This document shows positions 1 through 7,465 of a DNA stretch of 10,812 nt, in pieces. The stretch comes from a virus: the IMG/VR virus record IMGVR_UViG_3300009780_000660; one strand, 5' to 3'. The number at the start of each line of letters is the position of its first letter. The first letter of the stretch is position 1. The notes under the pieces were generated by a model. The model was not told the origin of the DNA and did no database searches. It saw nothing but the letters and a program-made list of their open reading frames with translations. The position numbers were made by a program, and so were the translations under genes.

Positions 1-64
1 AACATCCTCTTTTTTGGGGATAATATATTATATTATATATACTTGTACCAAAAAAGAGGATGTT
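1..64. repeat. 17-bp perfect inverted repeat with 30-nt spacer; possible terminator or regulatory hairpin
   Basis: AACATCCTCTTTTTTGG (1-17) is the exact reverse complement of CCAAAAAAGAGGATGTT (48-64). The right arm runs into TTT (GTTTTTA). Confidence 0.7.
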
Positions 65-80
65 TTTAAAACCAATTTGA

Positions 81-111
81 CCTTAGGTAATCCTTATGGA
101 TTATTCTAAGG
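81..111 (+). repeat. Stem-loop in the leader upstream of ORF1
   Basis: CCTTAG-G-TAATCC TTAT GGATTA-TT-CTAAGG: two 6-bp stem segments separated by a 1x2 internal loop, with a TTAT tetraloop. Confidence 0.55.
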
Positions 112-140
112 ATTTTAGAGAAAGAAAGAGAGATGTTTGA

Positions 141-1466
141 ATGTTTGACATAATGTATGATATTTTTAATCCACCCGAAGTAAACAAACTTTATTATCTT
201 AAGGTTGGTGAAACTTACGATGAAGAAGAATTAGTGAGGCTTTTTTGTACACCTAATCAAATAGAAAGATATATTAAAAATGGCAGGTTCATAAGTAATC
301 ATAAGAAAACCTTTATTAAGACCTATGAAAAATACTGTAGACTAAGTCCTATAGGCAAAAAGAAATATCAAGTTGTTTCTATCAACGATGTCTTTTTGCC
401 ACAATATTTTGACAAAATGAAAGATGGTAAGTACCTTTATGTTTGCTCTAGGTTGCTTAGGTTTTTCTTAGAGTCTCCATATACTGTTTTTTCTTATGGA
501 CAACTCTGTAGGAAATCCAGTTTATTTGCCGATAGTTATGTTATCTCCAAGGTTTTAACTAGCAACAAAGACAATCTATCACCTTTAGACCATGAGTTCT
601 ATAGAAGGTTTGAAATCAAAAATGAAAGAGAACTTCAAAAAGTCTATAAGAATTATGATAAGTCTTGTTATAAGACAATAGATAATGCCTTAAAGTATTT
701 ATCTTGTGATTACATAAAAGTAAATAAAACCGTAGTAGTCAAAAGAATTATTATAGATAATAATATAGACTCTACAGATGATGAAAATAAAGAAAATGAG
801 TTTGTTGTTAAAAATACAATTACTGAACTCATTAGGGTTGCAACAGATGAAGATTTAGAAATTATAAAAAATGCTGAAACTCAAATAGATAAAAGCTTAA
901 ATATCAAAGAACTCAAAGAAAGATATTTTTCAGACAAAAGTAAAAAATGGAAAAAAGAAGTTAGAAAGATATTAAGTAAATATGGCATTGAGTTTTATTA
1001 TAATTCCTTTAGTGTTTCTATAGTGGATTCACATTTAGCAAGAAAATTACTTAACCTACTTAATGAAAAAATTATAGATTTAAATATGACCGAAAGGGAA
1101 AAAGATAGTTACCATAAGCTAACTCAAGAAGAAAAAAATATAAATTTAAATATAATTACAAATGAAAAAACTAAAGAAATAAGAAAAGAAAAAATTAAAA
1201 ATCTAATAGAAAATAGAAAAAACAAAAATAAAGATGTATTGTCTAATCCTATCTTTAAAGAAATAGCACAACAGACAGAAGATGATTTTAATGAAGATGA
1301 ATGGAAAGAAAATTATGAGTTCTTTAGTGAAACTATTGAAAACATAAATAAAGAGCATTTATTTTCTTATGAAGAAAAACAAAGGTTTTTCTCAAGCAAA
1401 GAAAACGTAAATATTAGAACAGATATAAAAATTAAAAATGAAGTGAATTTTTCAATTCTTTTATAA
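141..1466 (+). CDS. Hypothetical phage protein (441 aa), globular N-terminal part and Lys/Glu/Asn-rich C-terminal part
   Basis: Long ORF with ATG at 141, preceded by an AAAGAGAG purine-rich RBS at suitable spacing. No family motif recognised. Confidence 0.8.
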   Translation: MFDIMYDIFNPPEVNKLYYLKVGETYDEEELVRLFCTPNQIERYIKNGRFISNHKKTFIKTYEKYCRLSPIGKKKYQVVSINDVFLPQYFDKMKDGKYLYVCSRLLRFFLESPYTVFSYGQLCRKSSLFADSYVISKVLTSNKDNLSPLDHEFYRRFEIKNERELQKVYKNYDKSCYKTIDNALKYLSCDYIKVNKTVVVKRIIIDNNIDSTDDENKENEFVVKNTITELIRVATDEDLEIIKNAETQIDKSLNIKELKERYFSDKSKKWKKEVRKILSKYGIEFYYNSFSVSIVDSHLARKLLNLLNEKIIDLNMTEREKDSYHKLTQEEKNINLNIITNEKTKEIRKEKIKNLIENRKNKNKDVLSNPIFKEIAQQTEDDFNEDEWKENYEFFSETIENINKEHLFSYEEKQRFFSSKENVNIRTDIKIKNEVNFSILL

Positions 1467-1473
1467 AAAAAAT

Positions 1474-1523
1474 AAAAAACTTTTCATAAACACTTGACAT
1501 TATAAATTATATATGCTATAATA
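1474..1523 (+). promoter_or_regulatory. Sigma-A-type promoter with extended -10, driving the helicase gene
   Basis: TTGACA (1494-1499), 17-nt spacer, TATAAT (1517-1522) with upstream TGC (extended -10). AAAAAACTTTTCATAAACAC lies upstream of the -35. Confidence 0.85.
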
Positions 1524-1561
1524 AATATAACAACTAAAACAATTATAGACAGGAGAAAAAT

Positions 1562-3502
1562 ATGAATTTTAATGAAAACCAACTCAAAGCAATAAACAAA
1601 AAATATGGAAGTATGGTAGTGTTTGCAAGTGCAGGTAGTGGTAAAACTGCTGTTCTTTGCAATAGAGTCAAAAAACTGATAGAAGATGATGTTGCAAAAC
1701 CAGAAGAAATTCTTTGTGTAACATTCTCAAAGAAAGCAAAAGAGAATATGTACTCAAGAATTGAAGGGCTGATTGGTGAAACAGTACAAAGAGTAAACAT
1801 TGAAACATTTCACTCTTTGTCACTAAAGATAATTAAGAGCATTAATTATAAAATCAATGTGTGGACTACAAAATGGGAAAAAGATAAAAAATTATGTGAA
1901 TATGCAAAATCACAAGGTTTTATAGATAAGCCAGAGGAATTAGCATTGGCTAACTTCTATGCTCTAAATGGAATTTTTAAAAATATAATGGAAGTCCCAA
2001 ACTTATCAAATAATGAGCACATTAAGTTAATATTAAAATATAGGTTTGAGCCTAGAGTATTTATTAGTTTATATGTTTTCTTTGAGAACTATAAAAAAAA
2101 TAACAATCTAGTCGAATTTGACGACATGTTAAATCTAGCATGTGAGATGCTAGAAAATAATCCTAGAAAGTTAGAAAGTTATCAAAAAAATTTTAAATTC
2201 ATATTAGCAGATGAGTTTCAAGATACTAGTATGAATAAAGCCAAATTAATAAAATTACTAAGCGAAACAAATAAAAATGTATTTGTAGTTGGTGATTTCT
2301 TACAAAATATTTATGGAAGTTTCACTGGTTCTAGTAATGATTTTATAGTTAATTTTAAAAAAGACTATAATGCAGAAGTTGTAAACTTAAACACAAATTA
2401 TAGATGTAGTAAAAATATTGTAGATACTAGCAACTTGTTTGCAACCAGAATAGGCGATACAAAACTAGATTTTTATATAGAAAGTGTAGCTAATAAGTCG
2501 ATTAATCAAACACCTAAACTTTTCTATGGTGCAACTACTAAACATCAAGCTGCTTATATAATCTCAAAAATTAAAGAACATATAAACAATGGTGGGAAAT
2601 ATGTTGACATTGGAATATTAGGTAGAACAAATGCTGTATTGCAAAATTTACAAATATTCTTATCAAAAGAAAGAATACCTTTCGATAATGAAAATAGCAC
2701 AAGTTTTATTGAAGATTACGAAATAAAACTATTAATATCTTATTTAATTTTAGCGGAAGATGCAGACAACAATGATGCTTTTGATTTTGTTTATAATAAA
2801 CCTAATAGATATTTGGGAAATGAATTTATAAAATTTATTGAACAATTACATATGAAAAATCAAAAATCGTATTTTTACAATATGGTAAATGTAGCTAAAA
2901 ATGAATGGAAATTTAAGAAAGCTATAGATAATTTTACTAATGTAATTTTAGATATTAGAAAAGTAAATAACTTAAAAGAAAGAGTAAATTATTTAATTAA
3001 TAAGTTAGATTTAATTAATTTTGTTGCTAATAAAACAGATAAAACTGTTGATGAACTTAAAGAAATATTCAATTCATTTTCAGATTTAGTTAAAGACTAT
3101 AAAACAATTAAAGAACTTTTAGATGAACTAAGAGTTCCACCTAAAGAAAATGTTGATGAAGAAGATAAGATTAATATTATGACAATTCATAAATCAAAAG
3201 GACTAGAGTTCCCTATTGTATTTTTAGTTAATACTAACGATGGAATAATTCCACATGGCGTGAATGAAGATTTAGAGGAAGAAAAAAGATTGTTCTATGT
3301 AGCTATGACTAGAGCAGAAAAAGAGTTATATTTATGTACTTGTGATTTCTTCAATGGTAAAGATTATGATGATAGTTGTTTTTTGCAAATTATCTTAAAA
3401 GACGGATTTTTAGAAGTTGACAAAGAAAGAAACGAAGAATATATTAGACTATTGGAAATTTGGGAAAAGAAAAATCAAAAAAATAAATCGGAGGAAAATT
3501 AA
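1562..3502 (+). CDS. UvrD/PcrA/Rep-like superfamily 1 DNA helicase (646 aa)
   Basis: NENQLKAI (Q motif), FASAGSGKT (Walker A, about 1625-1648), LCVTFSKKAKENM (Ia), ILADEFQDTS (II), GDFLQNIYGSFTGS (III), LNTNYRC (IV), IMTIHKSKGLEFPIVFLVN (V), EEKRLFYVAMTRAEKELYL (VI). AGGAG RBS at 1551-1555. Confidence 0.96.
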   Translation: MNFNENQLKAINKKYGSMVVFASAGSGKTAVLCNRVKKLIEDDVAKPEEILCVTFSKKAKENMYSRIEGLIGETVQRVNIETFHSLSLKIIKSINYKINVWTTKWEKDKKLCEYAKSQGFIDKPEELALANFYALNGIFKNIMEVPNLSNNEHIKLILKYRFEPRVFISLYVFFENYKKNNNLVEFDDMLNLACEMLENNPRKLESYQKNFKFILADEFQDTSMNKAKLIKLLSETNKNVFVVGDFLQNIYGSFTGSSNDFIVNFKKDYNAEVVNLNTNYRCSKNIVDTSNLFATRIGDTKLDFYIESVANKSINQTPKLFYGATTKHQAAYIISKIKEHINNGGKYVDIGILGRTNAVLQNLQIFLSKERIPFDNENSTSFIEDYEIKLLISYLILAEDADNNDAFDFVYNKPNRYLGNEFIKFIEQLHMKNQKSYFYNMVNVAKNEWKFKKAIDNFTNVILDIRKVNNLKERVNYLINKLDLINFVANKTDKTVDELKEIFNSFSDLVKDYKTIKELLDELRVPPKENVDEEDKINIMTIHKSKGLEFPIVFLVNTNDGIIPHGVNEDLEEEKRLFYVAMTRAEKELYLCTCDFFNGKDYDDSCFLQIILKDGFLEVDKERNEEYIRLLEIWEKKNQKNKSEEN

Positions 3503-3503
3503 T

Positions 3504-3998
3504 ATGATTGAAGAAAGAGATTTACAACAATATTTAGAAAAATATCCTTACTTAAATAATTATTCAACAAGCGAAGAAATGGCAAATAAATATAATATTC
3601 CTAGATATAGAGTTTGGCATATGTCAAACTCTACTGAAAGAAAATATGAAAAATATGTAAACAAAAGAGACAAAGTTTATCAAGAAATTCTTAGCATTCC
3701 AATTCTTGAGGAAGTATTTAAACTTAAGAAAAAAGAAATCAAAAATATAATTAAAAAGAATAATAAATTTATTGATGATGAAAAAATAAAAGAAACAAGT
3801 TTTGAAAAATATTCAGACGAAGAAATATTGTTTTTTTGGAATAAAACAGCTAAAAAATATGAAGATTACTTAACAATATTGGACTTAGCTGTTCCTAGAA
3901 CTTTAGTGGAAGTTGAAAAAATAATAGACAAAAAGATTGGCGAATATTTAGAAGATTACAAAGTAGAAAATGTATTGATGTCTTTACTAATTAATTAG
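3504..3998 (+). CDS. Hypothetical protein (164 aa), possible N-terminal helix-turn-helix
   Basis: ATG at 3504 follows GGAGG at 3490-3494. The supplied ORF start at 3417 overlaps the helicase and is unlikely. The segment STSEEMANKYNIPRYRVWHMSNS resembles an HTH. Confidence 0.75.
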   Translation: MIEERDLQQYLEKYPYLNNYSTSEEMANKYNIPRYRVWHMSNSTERKYEKYVNKRDKVYQEILSIPILEEVFKLKKKEIKNIIKKNNKFIDDEKIKETSFEKYSDEEILFFWNKTAKKYEDYLTILDLAVPRTLVEVEKIIDKKIGEYLEDYKVENVLMSLLIN

Positions 3999-4008
3999 GG
4001 GTGATATT

Positions 4009-6729
4009 TTGAAGAGAATAGGAGAAAAAAAATATATTTTTAAAATCGCTAGTAATAAAATTTTAAGGAGTAAGAAAAATTTAAAAATTAGCATTGCTAG
4101 TGCAAATAAAAATTTAGAATTAATTGGAATTACAAATTCTAATTTGTTAAATTATATTGATTTTTTGAACAATATAAATACCCAAGAGGGCGATAAAAAA
4201 ATCAAGCTTTTAAAAGAAGAAAAAAAGATGTTACAAAAATCTTTTAAGAACAACAACACAATAAACAAAAATAGGATTAAAAAAATATATGATGAAATAG
4301 AAAGTTTAAATTTTAAAAAAGATATTTTATTTGTAGAATTTTCTAAAAAAAGTGATTTCAAAAGACTTAAAAAATTCATTGTAAATGAAATTACTTTCGT
4401 AAGATTATTAGGAACTCCTAATCAATTGAAAAATAAAACTGTTTGTTATATTAATAAAGAAATTTATAGCAAAATAGAAGAATTTTTAAATTGTGGTAGA
4501 GATATGAATTATATGATTAATCCATCTAAACTAGAAGCTTATAGAGCATTAAGTTTAAGTGGAATTGATATATTATCATATCCTAAAAAAATATTGGTTG
4601 TTAAGGATTTAGAAGTTAAATTTAATGATAATGTAATAACATTAGATAGCACAGATTTAACTTCTGAACCAAAAAGAAAAGAAGAAAATATAGAAATTGT
4701 AAATAATGTTTCAGATGGCTTTGGAATAGCCACTCCAGAGCTTATGGAGAGATGGAGTAAAGAATTAGGACTAAACTATACTATGGCAGGAGGATGCCTT
4801 AGAAATGCTTATTTAAAGGGTATGGTGTTTGCTTTTGACAAGCAAGCATTTAAAGATAAATATGCAAGTGATAAAGATTTTGTAAATGATGTTTGGGGAA
4901 ATGAAATTAATATTAATGAAGTAGAATTAATTCTTACAACATCAATGTTAAAACTATGGGATGCTTATAAATCTATAGATGATTATATAAATAATTGCAA
5001 AAAATTTAATTATAGTTTTGGCATAACAAAACCTACGCCTAAAAAGCTTGATGAAGAAACTACCTTGAACTATCAATTTATTCAATCTTATGATTTAACA
5101 GATGATGAAATACATCAATTAATTAAAAATACAATTGATGATTTTCACAATATTCAATCAGACGACCATTTAAGATTGATTGAATTTTTTACAGGAATTA
5201 AAAAAGAAAATATAACCTATGAAAAATTAAAGAAACAAGAGAATTTTATAAAAGCTTTATACTTAAATCCAGAATTAATCAAAGATAGTTATGTAATTCA
5301 AAAAACAAAAAGTGTTTTAATTAACAAAAAAACTTTAGCGAAAATAGGAAAAGTTAAAGTTAGAGGCAATTATTCTATAGTAAGTGGAGACCCTTTTGCT
5401 TTAATGCAATCTATATTTAATTTAGTTGAGAAAGATGAAGATTATGGATTATTAAAAAGAGATGAAATATATAATAAGTTTTGGGTAGACAAGAGTACTA
5501 AAGAAGTAGTATGTTTTAGAGCACCAATGTCATGTCACAATAATATTCAAAAAAGAATTGTAGCTAATGATGAAGACATGGAATATTGGTATCAACATAT
5601 GCCTACAATTACTATAATTAGTTGCCATGATAATTTAGCTATGGCTGCTAATGGACTAGACAAAGATGGCGACTTAATGATGACTACAGACGAACCAGTC
5701 TTAGTTAAAAACACTAAAAATCTATCTGCAATTAATTGTCTACAAAAGAAAGCTGATAAAAAAATACCTAGTAAAAAAGATTTAGAAGTATCAAATTATT
5801 TAGGTATGGATTGTAATGTAGGTACAGTCACTAATAAGATAACCAATATGTATGATGTAATAAGTAGATATCCCTCAAATTCAAACGAGAATAGGGTTTT
5901 AAGCTACAGAATAGTTTGTGGACAACAATATCAACAAGATACAATAGATAGCTTAAAGGGGGTTGTATGTTCGCCTATGCCTAAGTATTGGTATAGTATT
6001 AAAGATTGTTATAAATATATAGAAGAAAATAACTTTTCAGAGGAAGAAAAACAAGTTTTATTAAATTGTGTTGCTAGCAAGAAACCTTACTTTATGAGAT
6101 TTATTTATCCTAAGTTAGATAAAGAATATAAAAATTTTATCGAAAAAGTAAAGAATAAAAGTTTGTTATTATTTAATATGAACTTAGAAGATTTATTAAA
6201 TATTCCACTAGACAAAGATGATATACAATTTGAAGAAAAACAAAACTTTATAAAATATTATTATAAGTTAATTCCTTTGTCAAAGGAAAAATCAGTGATG
6301 AATAGATTGTGTTTTATAGTTGAAGAAGAATTGGAAAAATTAAAAATAAAATTAAATCAACAAGAGTTTAATTATTCTGTGCTTAAGTCAATTAATAATT
6401 ATCCTATAAATAAAAACGTTAAAACTCAAATTACTAATTTATCAAAAACTTGGATAAATTTGTATAAAACTTCATTTATGAAAAACAAACAAGAAAACGA
6501 AAATGTCTCTAGTCATAAAAATATTGAATTTTTTATGAGGATAAAAGAAAATTTATCAGAAATATTTTTTAAAGAAGGAATAGAAGTATGCACAAACGAA
6601 GAATATTTATGTGATATTTTAATTGATGTTTTTTATAAAAATAAATCTTATAAAAATATTTTATGGTTAGCCTGTGGAGATATAATAGTTAAAAACCTTG
6701 AAGAAAAATTTTTGAAAGAAGATGATTAA
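4009..6729 (+). CDS. YonO/QDE-1-like single-subunit two-barrel (DPBB) RNA polymerase, DxDGD family (906 aa)
   Basis: TTG start with strong RBS AGGGGTGAT (about 3997-4005). SDGFGIATPELMERWSKELGL (from about 4711) and GGCLRNAYLKGMVFAFD (LRNAYLKGMV at 4798-4827) resemble the DPBB1 blocks (DGxGxIS..., QxRxxGxKG) of cellular RdRP/YonO enzymes. CFRAPMSCHNN and SCHDNLAMAANGLDKDGDLMMTTDEPVLV (DKDGD at 5659-5673) resemble the RNP...(G)DLDGD DPBB2 block with the Mg-binding Asp triad. Overall size is similar to YonO of phage SPbeta. Confidence 0.87.
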   Translation: MKRIGEKKYIFKIASNKILRSKKNLKISIASANKNLELIGITNSNLLNYIDFLNNINTQEGDKKIKLLKEEKKMLQKSFKNNNTINKNRIKKIYDEIESLNFKKDILFVEFSKKSDFKRLKKFIVNEITFVRLLGTPNQLKNKTVCYINKEIYSKIEEFLNCGRDMNYMINPSKLEAYRALSLSGIDILSYPKKILVVKDLEVKFNDNVITLDSTDLTSEPKRKEENIEIVNNVSDGFGIATPELMERWSKELGLNYTMAGGCLRNAYLKGMVFAFDKQAFKDKYASDKDFVNDVWGNEININEVELILTTSMLKLWDAYKSIDDYINNCKKFNYSFGITKPTPKKLDEETTLNYQFIQSYDLTDDEIHQLIKNTIDDFHNIQSDDHLRLIEFFTGIKKENITYEKLKKQENFIKALYLNPELIKDSYVIQKTKSVLINKKTLAKIGKVKVRGNYSIVSGDPFALMQSIFNLVEKDEDYGLLKRDEIYNKFWVDKSTKEVVCFRAPMSCHNNIQKRIVANDEDMEYWYQHMPTITIISCHDNLAMAANGLDKDGDLMMTTDEPVLVKNTKNLSAINCLQKKADKKIPSKKDLEVSNYLGMDCNVGTVTNKITNMYDVISRYPSNSNENRVLSYRIVCGQQYQQDTIDSLKGVVCSPMPKYWYSIKDCYKYIEENNFSEEEKQVLLNCVASKKPYFMRFIYPKLDKEYKNFIEKVKNKSLLLFNMNLEDLLNIPLDKDDIQFEEKQNFIKYYYKLIPLSKEKSVMNRLCFIVEEELEKLKIKLNQQEFNYSVLKSINNYPINKNVKTQITNLSKTWINLYKTSFMKNKQENENVSSHKNIEFFMRIKENLSEIFFKEGIEVCTNEEYLCDILIDVFYKNKSYKNILWLACGDIIVKNLEEKFLKEDD

Positions 6730-7359
6730 TTGATAAATATAGTAATTAATGAAGCAGAAAAAGCCAAAGAATTATTAGAAAATATAGACAAGATAAATGA
6801 AAATTTATATCAAAACTTATTAATATTATCTAAATATTTTAAATATGTTTTAAACTACCAAGAAAATAAAATAAAGAAAGAATTAAATTTAATATTAGAA
6901 AAAACTGTTAAAAAATATATTCCTAGAGAATATGAAGATTTTGTAGATAAAATAATAAAAAAATCTAATGAACAAAGTTTATTTTGTTATGAAAATATGC
7001 CAATAACTAATAATGAAGTAAAATTAATTAAAGAACTAAAAGATAAAACTTTAGAAAGAATTATGTTTACTTTAGTGTGTTTAGCTAAATATTATGATTT
7101 AATTAATTCAAAAAATAATCATTGGGTTGCTTTAGATATAAAGGCTATATTTTATATTAGTGGATTAAAAAGAACTAAAGTAGACCAAATTAAAATTTTA
7201 AGAAAACTTAAAGAATTAGACTATATTGAATTTAGTAAAAATATAATCTCTAATTCTATAAGAGTTAAAGCTATTGAGAAATTAAAAAGTTATAAAGACA
7301 AAAATGAAAATGTAATTTATGTAAAAGAGTTTAAGGATTTGTGTAAATTATATAAGTGA
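6730..7359 (+). CDS. Hypothetical protein (209 aa) with probable C-terminal winged-helix-like domain
   Basis: ORF abuts the polymerase stop codon (TAA TTG). The segment VALDIKAIFYISGLKRTKVDQIKILRKLKELDYIEFSKNIISNSIRVKAIEKL has wHTH-like spacing. TTG start with weak AAAGAAG RBS. Confidence 0.7.
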   Translation: MINIVINEAEKAKELLENIDKINENLYQNLLILSKYFKYVLNYQENKIKKELNLILEKTVKKYIPREYEDFVDKIIKKSNEQSLFCYENMPITNNEVKLIKELKDKTLERIMFTLVCLAKYYDLINSKNNHWVALDIKAIFYISGLKRTKVDQIKILRKLKELDYIEFSKNIISNSIRVKAIEKLKSYKDKNENVIYVKEFKDLCKLYK

Positions 7360-7391
7360 AAAATATTTTTTAAAATTTTTAAAAAAAAGTA

Positions 7392-7420
7392 TTGACAAGG
7401 TTAAAAGTTTGGTGTATAAT
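7392..7420 (+). promoter_or_regulatory. Sigma-A-type promoter
   Basis: TTGACA (7392-7397), 17-nt spacer, TATAAT (7415-7420), upstream A-rich tract; about 45 nt before the ATG at 7466. Confidence 0.85.
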
Positions 7421-7465
7421 AAATATAGTAAGTAAGACAAATTAATTAAAGAAAGAGATATTAAA

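Noticed and set aside
43-71. TTGTAC as a -35 for a promoter upstream of ORF1
   Set aside because: At 17-nt spacing the -10 position is TTAAAA, which is too weak. The nearby AT-rich core gives many spurious TATAAT-like matches.
133-153. Mini-ORF ATGTTTGAATGTTTGACATAA (MFECLT*) overlapping the start of ORF1, considered as a leader peptide
   Set aside because: The AAAGAGAG RBS abuts this ATG with no spacing, whereas it is correctly spaced for ATG 141. Probably incidental.
1543-1800. Minus-strand 85-aa ORF
   Set aside because: Fully antisense to the helicase N-terminus and its motif-bearing codons. No RBS or family support; typical artefact of AT-rich sequence.
3417-3503. Upstream extension of the 3417..3998 ORF
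   Set aside because: It would overlap the helicase by 86 nt with no good RBS. ATG 3504 with GGAGG at 3490-3494 is far better.
4152-4379. Minus-strand 75-aa ORF
   Set aside because: Antisense to the RNA polymerase ORF; its Phe/Leu-rich product mirrors a Lys-rich sense strand.
4539-4733. Minus-strand 64-aa ORF
   Set aside because: Antisense to the polymerase ORF with no independent support.
4009-6729. Reverse transcriptase, retron or T7-like polymerase interpretation of the large ORF
   Set aside because: No YxDD motif or T7-type palm motifs were seen. The DxDGD and DGxG/LRxxxxKG blocks fit the two-barrel RNA polymerase superfamily instead.
7366-7390. A/T-rich AAAAATATTTTTTAAAATTTTTAAAAAAAA considered as an intrinsic terminator
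   Set aside because: The possible pairing is purely A-T with ambiguous register and no GC-containing stem. It could equally be an upstream A-tract of the promoter at 7392.
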